A DNA stretch of 28,121 nt from NCBI RefSeq assembly GCF_000372725.1, contig NW_005201298.1:373393-401513 (forward strand), read 5' to 3'. This DNA comes from Emiliania huxleyi CCMP1516 (lineage: Eukaryota). Both the position numbers and the translations under genes were made by a program. Within the stretch, counting starts at the first letter, position 1. Every line of letters starts with the position of its first letter. Positions 11,801-20,675 of this stretch are shown one piece after another. The notes below the pieces were generated by a model, which did no database searches, was not told where the DNA came from, and saw only the letters and a program-made list of their open reading frames with translations.

Positions 11801-13674
11801 TCGCGGGACGTGTCACGGACTGGCGCCGCCTCGGGCTGCACGGCCGCCTCGAGCTGCAGCGTCGCCTCGAGCTGCAGTGTCGCATCGAGCTGCAGTGTCG
11901 CATCGAGCTGCACGGCCGCCTCGCCCGCCTCCGCCTCCAGCGAGCCGCCTCGCTTGACCTTTTGCGTCGCGGCGCCGAACTCGCAAGTTGCGGAGGAGGA
12001 GCGGCCCTCCGCACCTCCGCTGCGCTGCCCGGCAGAGGTGCTTAGCTCGGACGCGAAGCGGCGAGCGACCTGCGGAGGCGCGGCTCGGAGGTTGCCGGGC
12101 GGGTGGCGCGGGCAGGCGGGTGCCAAGGGCAAACGCGGTCGGGGGCGGGGGCGGGGAGTGCGGAGGCGGGGCGTGCGGAGGCGAGGAGTGCGGAGGCGAG
12201 GAGTGCGGAGGCGAGGAGTGCGGAGGCGAGGAGTGCGGAGGCGAGGAGTGCGGAGGCGAGGAGCGCGGAGGCGAGGAGTGCGGAGGCGAGGAGTGCGGAG
12301 GCGAGGAGTGCGGAGGCGAGGAGTGCGGGGGCGAGGAGTGCGGAGGCGGGTGCAGAGGTGGTGGGGGTGGCGCCACGCGCCGCGGCGTCGTGTGCCGCCG
12401 CGGACTCGTCGTACCTGACATGGGGTCCGGGCAGGGGTCCGGGTGAGGGTCCGGGTCCTACTTGTTGGAGGTGCCGCGGACTCGCAAGCACACCCGACGA
12501 CGCAGTCCACCCGCAGCATCCCAGGGAGGGGGCCGTCCTCCCCGAGCAGCGACGGCAGCGGCGTCGGCCCGCCCGCCCCGCCGCCCGCCCCGCCGTCCTG
12601 CGGCGCCTCTCCGGCGGGCAACACCGCCTCCTTCACCTCCTCCTCCTTGACGGAGAGGCGAGGCAGCAACGCGGCGGGGGACGCGTCGGCGCACCAAGGC
12701 TCGCCCGCAACCTAACACGTCGTGGACACGTCGTGGACGCGTCCGTGGAGTGCGCACTGCGTGGGCACGGCCGCAGCCTCGCTCGCGCGCGGCCGCTCCG
12801 ACGGCTCCTACGGGAGGAGTTGCAGACGCCTCCGGCACGGCTCCCGTGGCTGGAAGCGGCCGCCGCTCTGCGCGGCCTTTTGGAGGCAGCGCGTCAGCAG
12901 CGCGACGAAGTGGGGGCTCCACTCGCCGACGGTGGCGGCCGGCTCGGTGCCATACAGGCTGCGGTGCAGCTCCGCCGCCTCGCTCGGCGGCGCGAGCTTC
13001 GGCGGGTCCGAGCTCACGATCTTGAAGAGCTGCGCGTGGTGCGGCTTGACCGCCGCGAGCGGAGGCTCGCCCTGCGCCATCTCGATCATCGTGATGCCGA
13101 GGGACCACAGGTCGCCCGCCGTCTCGACCGAGCCCATGATGAGCTCCGGGGCCATCCACATCGGCGTGCCAATCACCGTGCCTTGGATCGCGCTCCCCTC
13201 GAGGATCCGCGATATGCCAAAGTCGGCCAGCTTGACCTCGCCGCCGGCAGTGAGCAGCAGGTTCGCCGCCTTGACGTCGCGGTGCACCACCGAGCACACG
13301 TCGTGCAGGTGCGCCAGCCCGCGCGCCGCGCCGGCGCTCACCGCCGCGATTTGCCGCTCGTCGAGCGTGCGGCCGCCGCGGCGGGGCGAGACGAGGTCGG
13401 CGACGGAGCCGGCGGCGCAGAGCTCGAGCACGAGCCAAGCCTTCTCGCGGTAGACGAACTCGGCGAGCAGCGCGACGTTGCACTTGTGCGACGCCGCGCG
13501 CATCATCCGCACCTCGTGCCGCACCTGGTCCGAGCTGTTTGAGCCACCGAGGTCCTCCACCACTTTGACGGCGACGGCTGCACCCTGCTGGCCCGGCTGG
13601 CGGAGCCACCCCTGGTACACCATGCCGTACGCGCCCTTGCCGAGCACCGCCCCGAGCGAGAGGGTCGTCGTCAT
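8632..13674 (-). CDS. Multi-exon STE20/MST-like Ser/Thr kinase with a probable C-terminal PH domain
   Basis: Exon 1 (13674-12877) has GKGAYG, VAVK, HRDVKAAN, DFG, GTPMWMAPE and DLWSLGIT; GC-AG introns 12876-12808 and 12777-12712 restore subdomain XI (CLQKEPSERPRASEVAGEPW); PH-like KVRWTFLWGTLARGELRL and QAKQWVDALEEH at about 10030-9360; internal exon borders, the 3' end and single-gene status are uncertain. Confidence 0.8.
8754..8840. repeat. (GT)n microsatellite, probably intronic
   Basis: Direct reading. Confidence 0.95.
11148..11210. repeat. 12-bp tandem repeat (CGGCAGCAAyCT-like), about 5 copies
   Basis: Direct reading; probably intronic in the kinase gene. Confidence 0.85.
12151..12347. 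repeat. 15-bp minisatellite GCGAGGAGTGCGGAG, about 13 copies
   Basis: Direct reading; lies within the kinase gene span. Confidence 0.95.
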
Positions 13675-13899
13675 TCTTCTTCGGGGCCCAGGCGATCCTC
13701 TGATCGCCGCTCGCGCAACTGGCGCCTCGGACCTCGGACGCGGCTTCAAAAGCTGGCTTTTGGAAAAGAATTTGGAAAAGAATTTTAACTCCGGTTACGC
13801 CACTCTTGGAAAAGAATTTAAAGAACCCGAGCATGCGGCCCGCTGGGTGCGCTTCTCAGCTCCCCGGCCCTGGATGTGAGGTTACTGACTGCACTCCAA

Positions 13900-14000
13900 G
13901 TGTGACCGTCATCGCCCGTCTAGCGTCCACCCATACCGCGTTGGTGTCCCAGTCGTTGGTCGGACTGTGTTTGTTTCGCCTTCCCATCAATCAATCAATC
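13900..14000 (+). repeat. Repeat family B copy (core GCGTCCACCCATACCGCGTTGGTGTCC) followed by a (TCAA)n tail
   Basis: 13900-13984 is the reverse complement of 25027-25107 (one mismatch, one 4-bp indel); related pieces at 16891-16963, 19136-19207, 20557-20595 and 25206-25248. Confidence 0.88.
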
Positions 14001-14952
14001 CAAGTGCTCCAAGTGCTCCAAAACAACTCTCTCTCACAGCAGACAGGCTCGACACAGGTGCGAACTGGCGCTCGCCGACATCATGTGCTCGGTCGTCCCG
14101 CCGGCGCGGAGCTGCGCCACGTCGAGTTGTTCGGTCGGACTCTACAGAGCACAGTGTTGTAGAGAAAAAAGGAATGGAAAACAGACGGGGTGCGAGAGGC
14201 AAACCTCGGACAGCCCAACCCAGGCTGCCGCGCAGCGAAGCGAAAACAGACGAAAATAGGGGGTACCTACCTGTTGCAGGGCCCTCTGGCAATGGCCAGC
14301 CTCAACGACGGGTTGACTGCGAGGCAGTCCGAGCACGAACTAGTCGTCGATCCGCTGACAATCCCCGCCGCTTCACCGTCGGAGCGGCGGCGGGTGAGAG
14401 TTAGTCAAAGGTCCACCAGCACAGCCTCCAGCCACCAGCCTCCACCTCCACCGTCGAGCCGCGATCGCTGCCGCCCGCGACGCCGCCCGCCGCCTCAGAT
14501 GCCCGCGACGCGCTCAGCGAGTCGAGTCGAAGAGCCGAGCCTCACCAGCAGGAGCATCTGCACCACCAGCAGCAGCAGCAGCACCACCACCACCACCCGA
14601 GAGAGAAGCGCACCTGCCCGACGCCGCCCGCCGCGTCAGACGCTCGCGACGCGCGCGTCGAGCCCAGTCGCAGAGCCGCGCCGCGCCAGCAGCAGCATCT
14701 GCACCAGCAGCATCAGCACCACCACCAGCAGCAGCAACAGAGACAGGCAGTGCAGGCGCAGAAGCGCTCGCAGAGCCGCGCGCAGCGCCGCGCACGCCAC
14801 GCTGCGGACCGTCGGACGAGCGCACCGTACGTCGGCGGCGAGCCGCGTCGCCAGCCGTCTCGCGAGAGAGCGGCGCCGCCGCGTGCGCGCAGCAGCCGCC
14901 GCGGCAGAGGCGAGCCGCGGCGACGTCCGCACTAACGGATAACGGCCATTGG

Positions 14953-14955
<3 letters not shown>

Positions 14956-15023
<68 letters not shown>
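14956..15023. repeat. (CT)n microsatellite just upstream of the RCC1-repeat gene
   Basis: Direct reading. Confidence 0.95.
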
Positions 15024-15026
<3 letters not shown>

Positions 15027-15060
15027 CCAGGGATCGGCTAGAGGAAATTTTTTTCTCGCG

Positions 15061-16578
15061 ATGTCTGCCCCGCGACGCCGCTCGCGCCGCCTCGCCCCCG
15101 CCTCCTCCATTGCCGCCCCCTCGCCAGACACGCCGCCGCCCGCCCGCCTCCTCGACCTCCCCACCGACCTCCTCGTGCGCGTCGTCTCTCGCTGCGACCC
15201 CGTCGACATCGCTCGCGCCGCGGCCGTCTCGCTCCTCTTCCACGCCTCGCTTGCGGTGGAGGGCATCCGCTTGCGGGCGCAAGAGCGCGGCTTCGAGCTG
15301 CCGGCGCAGCCAGAGGGCGAGGGCTGCGCCGTGCGGTGGCTGTGCTTGTCTGCGCTGCTGTGCGAGTCCAACCCGCCGGTGAGGGTGGCGGCAGGCGCAC
15401 AGCACAGCGTCTTCATCGACGGCGAGGGGCGGCTCTCGTCGTGCGGGTCAGCGGCAAGGGAGGATGACGACGACGAGGAATTTCCAGGCCTTCTCGGCCA
15501 CGGCGAGGGCGTGACGCAGCTCAACACGCCGACCCGCCTCCCGTCAATGCTGGGTGACGAGCGCGCCGTGAGCGTGGCGACTCGAGCATACCACAGCCTC
15601 GCCCTCACCGCCGACGGATCTGTGTGGAGCTGGGGCGGTGGACACTTTGGCCGGTTGGGCCACGGCGACGAGCAGGACCAGCTGCTGCCCAAGAAGATCG
15701 AGACCTTTGCTGGCCGGCGCGTCGTCGCTGTGTCGGCTGGAACCCACAGCCTCGCCCTCACCGCCGATGGCGCCCTCTGGAGCTGGGGCTGGGGAGGCTT
15801 TGGCAAGCTGGGCCACGGCGACCGGCAGGCCCAGCTGCTGCCGATGAAGGTCGAGGCCTTTACTGGCCGGCGCGTCGTCACTGTGTCGGCTGGAGCCCGC
15901 CATAGCCTCGCCACCACGGCCGATGGCGCCGCTTGGAGCTGGGGCGCAGGAGGCAATGGCAGGCTGGGCCACGGCGACCGGCAGCGCCAGCTGCTGCCCA
16001 AAAAGGTCGAGGCCTTTGCTGGGCGGCGCGTCGTCGCTGTTGCGGCTGGAGGCATCCACAGCCTCGCCATCACCGCCGACGGCGCCGTCTGGAGCTGGGG
16101 CGAGGGAGGTGTTGGCCAGTTGGGCCACGGCGACATGCAGGGCCAGCCACTGCCCAAGAAGGTCGAGACCTTTGCTGGCCGGCGAGTCGTCGCTGTGTCG
16201 GCGGGAATCTACCACAGCCTCGCCATCACCGCCGACGGCGCCGTCTGGAGCTGGGGCTATGGAGCCTCTGGCCAGCTGGGCCACGGCGACGAGCAGCAGC
16301 AGCTGCTGCCCAAGAAGGTCGAGGCCTTCGCTGGGCAGCGCGTCGTCGCTGTGTCGGCTGCGGAATACAATAGCTTCGCCATCGCCGCCGACGGCGGTGT
16401 TCATGCTTGGGGTCTGGGCGAACGCGGCTGCCTTGGCCACGGAGAGGACCTGTCGCACCAGCTGCTGCCCAAGAAGGTCGAGGTGTGGGCGAGCCGGCCG
16501 CCGACGCCTACTTCCTCTGACGGAGAGGATAGCAGCGGCGGGGAGGACAGTGATTCGGGCAGCAACTCGGACGAGTGA
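15061..16578 (+). CDS. RCC1-repeat (UVR8/HERC-like beta-propeller) protein with an N-terminal F-box-like motif; intronless, 505 aa
   Basis: About seven repeats of VxAGxxHSLAxTADGAVWSWGxGxxGxLGHGD...P; N-terminal LLDLPTDLLVRVVSRC. Confidence 0.93.
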   Translation: MSAPRRRSRRLAPASSIAAPSPDTPPPARLLDLPTDLLVRVVSRCDPVDIARAAAVSLLFHASLAVEGIRLRAQERGFELPAQPEGEGCAVRWLCLSALLCESNPPVRVAAGAQHSVFIDGEGRLSSCGSAAREDDDDEEFPGLLGHGEGVTQLNTPTRLPSMLGDERAVSVATRAYHSLALTADGSVWSWGGGHFGRLGHGDEQDQLLPKKIETFAGRRVVAVSAGTHSLALTADGALWSWGWGGFGKLGHGDRQAQLLPMKVEAFTGRRVVTVSAGARHSLATTADGAAWSWGAGGNGRLGHGDRQRQLLPKKVEAFAGRRVVAVAAGGIHSLAITADGAVWSWGEGGVGQLGHGDMQGQPLPKKVETFAGRRVVAVSAGIYHSLAITADGAVWSWGYGASGQLGHGDEQQQLLPKKVEAFAGQRVVAVSAAEYNSFAIAADGGVHAWGLGERGCLGHGEDLSHQLLPKKVEVWASRPPTPTSSDGEDSSGGEDSDSGSNSDE

Positions 16579-16779
16579 GAATGCTAGAGGGCAGCAGAGG
16601 AGGGCGAGTAGTCTTTCATTCGGCTGGCCGAGTCACCCACTGGGCAGACTGTCTCTTGCTTCACTCTCTAAAAGCTGATATCTTTGTCAAGAACCACCCG
16701 TGCGCTAGCATGGCCATGCGCCATGCGGAGAGAGCGGCGTGATGAAATTCTTTTGGCCTGACATCAATCCCTATCATTG

Positions 16780-16804
16780 ACACACACACACACACACACA
16801 CACA
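16780..16804. repeat. (CA)n microsatellite
   Basis: Direct reading. Confidence 0.9.
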
Positions 16805-16889
16805 AAGAAAGAAAACTCTGACATTTTACGAACTCCTTGGCGACGTGCGCGTCGCGTCGCCAAGGCTCTCCAAACCTCCACACACAGCA

Positions 16890-17430
16890 GTCCACCCATA
16901 CCGTCCTCCCATCCCTCCCTTGGGTTGTCTGTTTTCTTTCTTTTTTCCACCCATACCGCGTTGAAACGGACATCTCCCCCCCCTCGGCGCTCGGGAGGGC
17001 CGAACTGAGGCGCCCGAGGGGACCCCGCAATTCCCTTCCCCCCTCGGAGGGGGCCGAACGAGGCGTACCCCGAGGGCCCCACTCTTTCCCTCGCATAGCG
17101 GCCACTCTTCGGATCGCTGGTCGAGCGACCCGGGGGATGCCCCGCGCGCCTGACCCAGGCGCGAAAACGAATCTGCGAGGCGTGGCCGCTCATGCGGCCC
17201 GATGGGGAGGAACGGGGCGAGCCCCCTCCAACCCACCCGCGCTAGGTCTCGGGTTTGACGCAGGGGTCACTCCCGCGCGACCTCGTGAACTAGCCGGAGC
17301 AGTCGGAGAAGTGGCAACTCCGTGCACTGACGGTCGGCCGTCAGAAAACACGCCTCCGTGGCTCGGGTTACACACCAATCCTCGCTACCCAACGCGGCCA
17401 AAGGATATCCACCTCGAGAACCTCGAGAGA
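16890..17430 (+). mobile_element. Longest copy of non-coding repeat family C (putative non-autonomous element)
   Basis: Homologous to 4121-4465 (inverted) and 4639-4969 (direct); 16902-16946 is homologous to about 1343-1387 (inverted); begins with family B core sequence. Confidence 0.6.
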
Positions 17431-17625
17431 ACATCGAAGGCTAAGCTAAAAAAAACTTCGGCGGGCACGTCGCGCCGCATGGTGGCCGCGCTGCGCCGCT
17501 CGCCGCTGGCGCGCGGTTGAACGCGGCGCCGACTCCGCGGCGGCGCCATCTCACGCAGCGGGGCGCGTCGCGTCTTCGGCGCCAAAACAGACGCGAGCTC
17601 GCGGCGCGGCCGCGGCAGCAAAACA

Positions 17626-18978
17626 TCAACCGTCTACTTCTCCTTCTCTTCTCGTCTCGTCTCGTCTTGTCGCAGGCGCACACGCGCGCGACGTGCGCTC
17701 GTGTAACCCTTCCTCGAGCTTGCCGACCAGCAGGTCCTGCCAGACGAGCGGCGCGCAGTGGGCCCACGCGCCGTTCTGATCGACCGAGTCGTGGCCCACG
17801 TTGACCACCATCCCGGGCCGACACCCGGTCTGCCGCGCCAGGGTGACGTACGCGTTGAGCACGAACGCCTCGTTCACCTCGACCCACTCGCTGAGCAGGG
17901 CGTCCTGCAAGATGTACTGGCCGGTCTGGCCCAAGTGCTGTCGCGTCAAGCTCGGCGCAGTCGCCGCCCTCATGGCCAGCTGCACGGCCTGGCTCGCCGC
18001 GTCGCCAGCCGCCGCCGCGGTGGTCGCGTTCGCGCCCACCGCCACCTGCAACGCGCTGGCCGCCGCCTGCGCGACGCCGGCGAGCTGCTCGACCCCGCCG
18101 CTCCCTCTCCCTCCTCCCACGAGGCTCGAGAAATGGTCGCGGATGGGTCGCCAGTACGCCATCGCCTCCTGTCCCGCCGGGAAGCCCTTTTCGCCGAAGA
18201 GGATCGGCCACACGTGGCTCCGCATGATGTTGAACTGCACCCCCACCGTCTTCGCCCCCCGCCCGACGAGCTCACACCCCTGCCGCCGCGACGCGTGCGA
18301 CTGTCGGATGCGGCTCGTCAGCAGATACTGCAGAAACACGAGGGTGAGCTGCTGGCACGGATACCCGTCCCGCATCCCGTTCGCAAAGTTGGAGCGCATG
18401 TCCGCATCGCCGCCGTCTTCGTCAAGCCGCTCCATCTCCGTCTGGAAGTCGTCCCACCGCTTCGCCACCTCGTCGCACTGCCTCTTCAAGTGCTCGCCGA
18501 GCGGCGCGAGCATCTGAGCCGCCCGGCCCGCCGGCTCCGCAATGGGTTGATGCAGCACCGCCGCCACGAGGGCGCTCCGCCTCCGCTTCGCCAGGCGCGC
18601 CGTGGTGTCCGTCGCCGCGAGCGGCGCCAGCAGCGCCGCCTGCTCCGCCGTCCGCTCCTCTGCCGCCGCCAGCTCCGCCTCTCTGGGCGCCTCCGCACGT
18701 TCCTGGTGCTGCACGGCGCGCAGCTCGCCCGCCGCGCGCCTCGCCCTCTTGGTGATCGGACGGCCGTGCGCGAACGGGTCGTCCGCGTCGCCCGCCGCCG
18801 CCCGCCTCTCGTGCGGCACGGTGTGCAGCGCCTCCGCCGGCCACGCGAGCCGGATTGCCGCGCCGCGGCCCTCGCCCAGCCGCTGGAATGCTCCGCCGCC
18901 TTCGTTCGCCTTGTCAGCCGCTCGGGCCGCCGCCGTCAGCGCCGCGCCCTTGCCGACGAACAGGAGCGGATTCGGCAT
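17626..18978 (-). pseudogene. Tyrosine-recombinase-like gene (Crypton/DIRS/Ngaro-type YR), C-terminally truncated
   Basis: Core-binding-like WDDF...PCQQLTLVFLQYLL...KTV, then box I TLARQTGCRPG and LVWQDL; no HxxR or catalytic Tyr before the frame decays into AG-rich sequence. Confidence 0.62.
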
Positions 18979-19647
18979 CGCAAGCCGAAGCGAAGGCGAC
19001 GTCGTCGGCCATCAACAACTTTTGCCTGACGCGCAATCGCCTCCCTTAGCTGACACGCTCGGCGTGCCACCTTCCGCCGGCGCTCGCCTTTCGCCTGACG
19101 CACAATCGCACCACTACCAACATACATAGGTAGTAAGGTGAAGAACAGCCAGGCTCGGACTGGACACCAACGCGGTATGGGTGGACGCGGGACAGATGAT
19201 GACGACACGCACGAACGACACACAGACACAAACAAGCTCACAAGACACATCGAAGATTGATTGACGAACGCGAGCCCCGCGCCACGGTTGCCAGCCGTGC
19301 CTTCGCGAGAGTCGCCCTCGAGCCGCGTCCCGTCGGCACTACCCTCGAGTGCGTGTCGCTTTGGTTGGCGACACCCACTCGTCGAGGGCAGTCCGGCCGA
19401 CGGGAGCCTGTCGCGCGCCGGCGACGAATGCGGCGCGTATCTGTGCCTTCGAAGCGACGATGGCACGACCACCGCCCTGCTACCTGACCTCGGGCTACTG
19501 TGATCCGCACGGCCGGGACCCGGTGAGCCCCGGGTGAGGCCCGCCCCCCTCCGTCCTCGGGCTGATTGATATCGCCGATTGCGTATCCGTACACGGTCTA
19601 CGCACTCTACATTGATTGATATACACTGACACTGATTGAATAGATAG

Positions 19648-20397
19648 ACCCCCACCGTGGTCGACCCCCGCCCGATGCGCTCACACCCCTTCCGCCGCGA
19701 CGCGTGCGACTGTTGGATGCGGCTCGTGAGCAGATACTGCAGGAACATGACCGGTGAGCTGCTGGCACGGGTACCCCTCCCGCATCCCGTTCGCCCAGCT
19801 GGAGCGCATCACCGCATCGCCGCCGTCTTCGTCAGACCGGTTCATCTCCCGCTCGAACTCGCGCCACCGCTTCAGCACGTCGCCGCATAGCCTGTTCATG
19901 TGGTAGCCGAGCGGCGCGAGCATCGGCGCCGCCCGCTCCGCCGCGATGGGTTGATGCAGCACCGCCGCCACGATGGCGCTCGGCCTCCGCATCAGCGCGC
20001 CTCCCAGCGACGCCGTGGTGTCCGCGGCCGCGAGCGGCCCCAGCAGCGCCGCCTGCGCCGCCGTCTGCTCCTCCGCCGCCCTCCGCCTCTTCTCCTTCGG
20101 CGCATCGGCCCACCCCTGGTGCTGCTCGGCGCGCCGCTCGCCCTTCTCGAGCCTCTCCCTCTTCGTGGGCGGACGGGCGTACGCGAACAGCTCGTCGGCG
20201 TCGCCCGCCGCCGCCCGCCTTTCCGCGGGCACGGTGCGCACCGCCTCCGCCGTCCACGCCTCCCGCAACGCCGCGCCCCGGCCCTCGCCGAGCCGCTGGA
20301 ATGGTCCGCCGCCGTCGGCGTTCGCCGCCGCCGCGGCCCAGGCCGCCGCGGTCAGCGCCGCGCCCTGACCGACGAACGCGCACAGCGGATCCGGCAT
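19648..20397 (-). pseudogene. Second, diverged and shorter copy of the recombinase-like gene
   Basis: Aligns with 18978-18240 from the ATG; +1 frameshift near 19752 (CQQLT|VMFLQYLL); breaks off after TTVGV. Confidence 0.8.
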
Positions 20398-20675
20398 CTG
20401 GCCCGCCGCCTCCCTCGCCCCGTGGTGGCCAGACCCTCCTCCACCCCTTGTGCAATCGCGCTTGTTACGCCTGATCGCATCATCGATTCATTATCTTACG
20501 TCCGTCCCGCCGCCCGCCGCGCGGCCAGACTCCACATCACCTCAACGTAAACGAATATTGATGGGAAGGCGAAACACAGTCCGACCAACGACTGGATCGA
20601 AGGCTGGGCGTAAAAATTCACCTTTTTGTTGTGGTCCAGCGTCGCACAGTTCCAAGGGTCGACCCTTGCCCCTCC

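Noticed and set aside
14292..14942. ORF with an internal duplication and CAG/CAC tracts
   Set aside because: Frame is ambiguous and the sequence is low complexity with no domain; cannot support a gene call
14514..16458. Minus-strand repeat ORFs (547 and 304 aa)
   Set aside because: Antisense to the RCC1-repeat gene
16946..16980. CCATACCGCGTTGAAA resembles the 5' part of 5S rRNA
   Set aside because: Similarity is limited to about 15 nt; no internal control region or 5S fold follows
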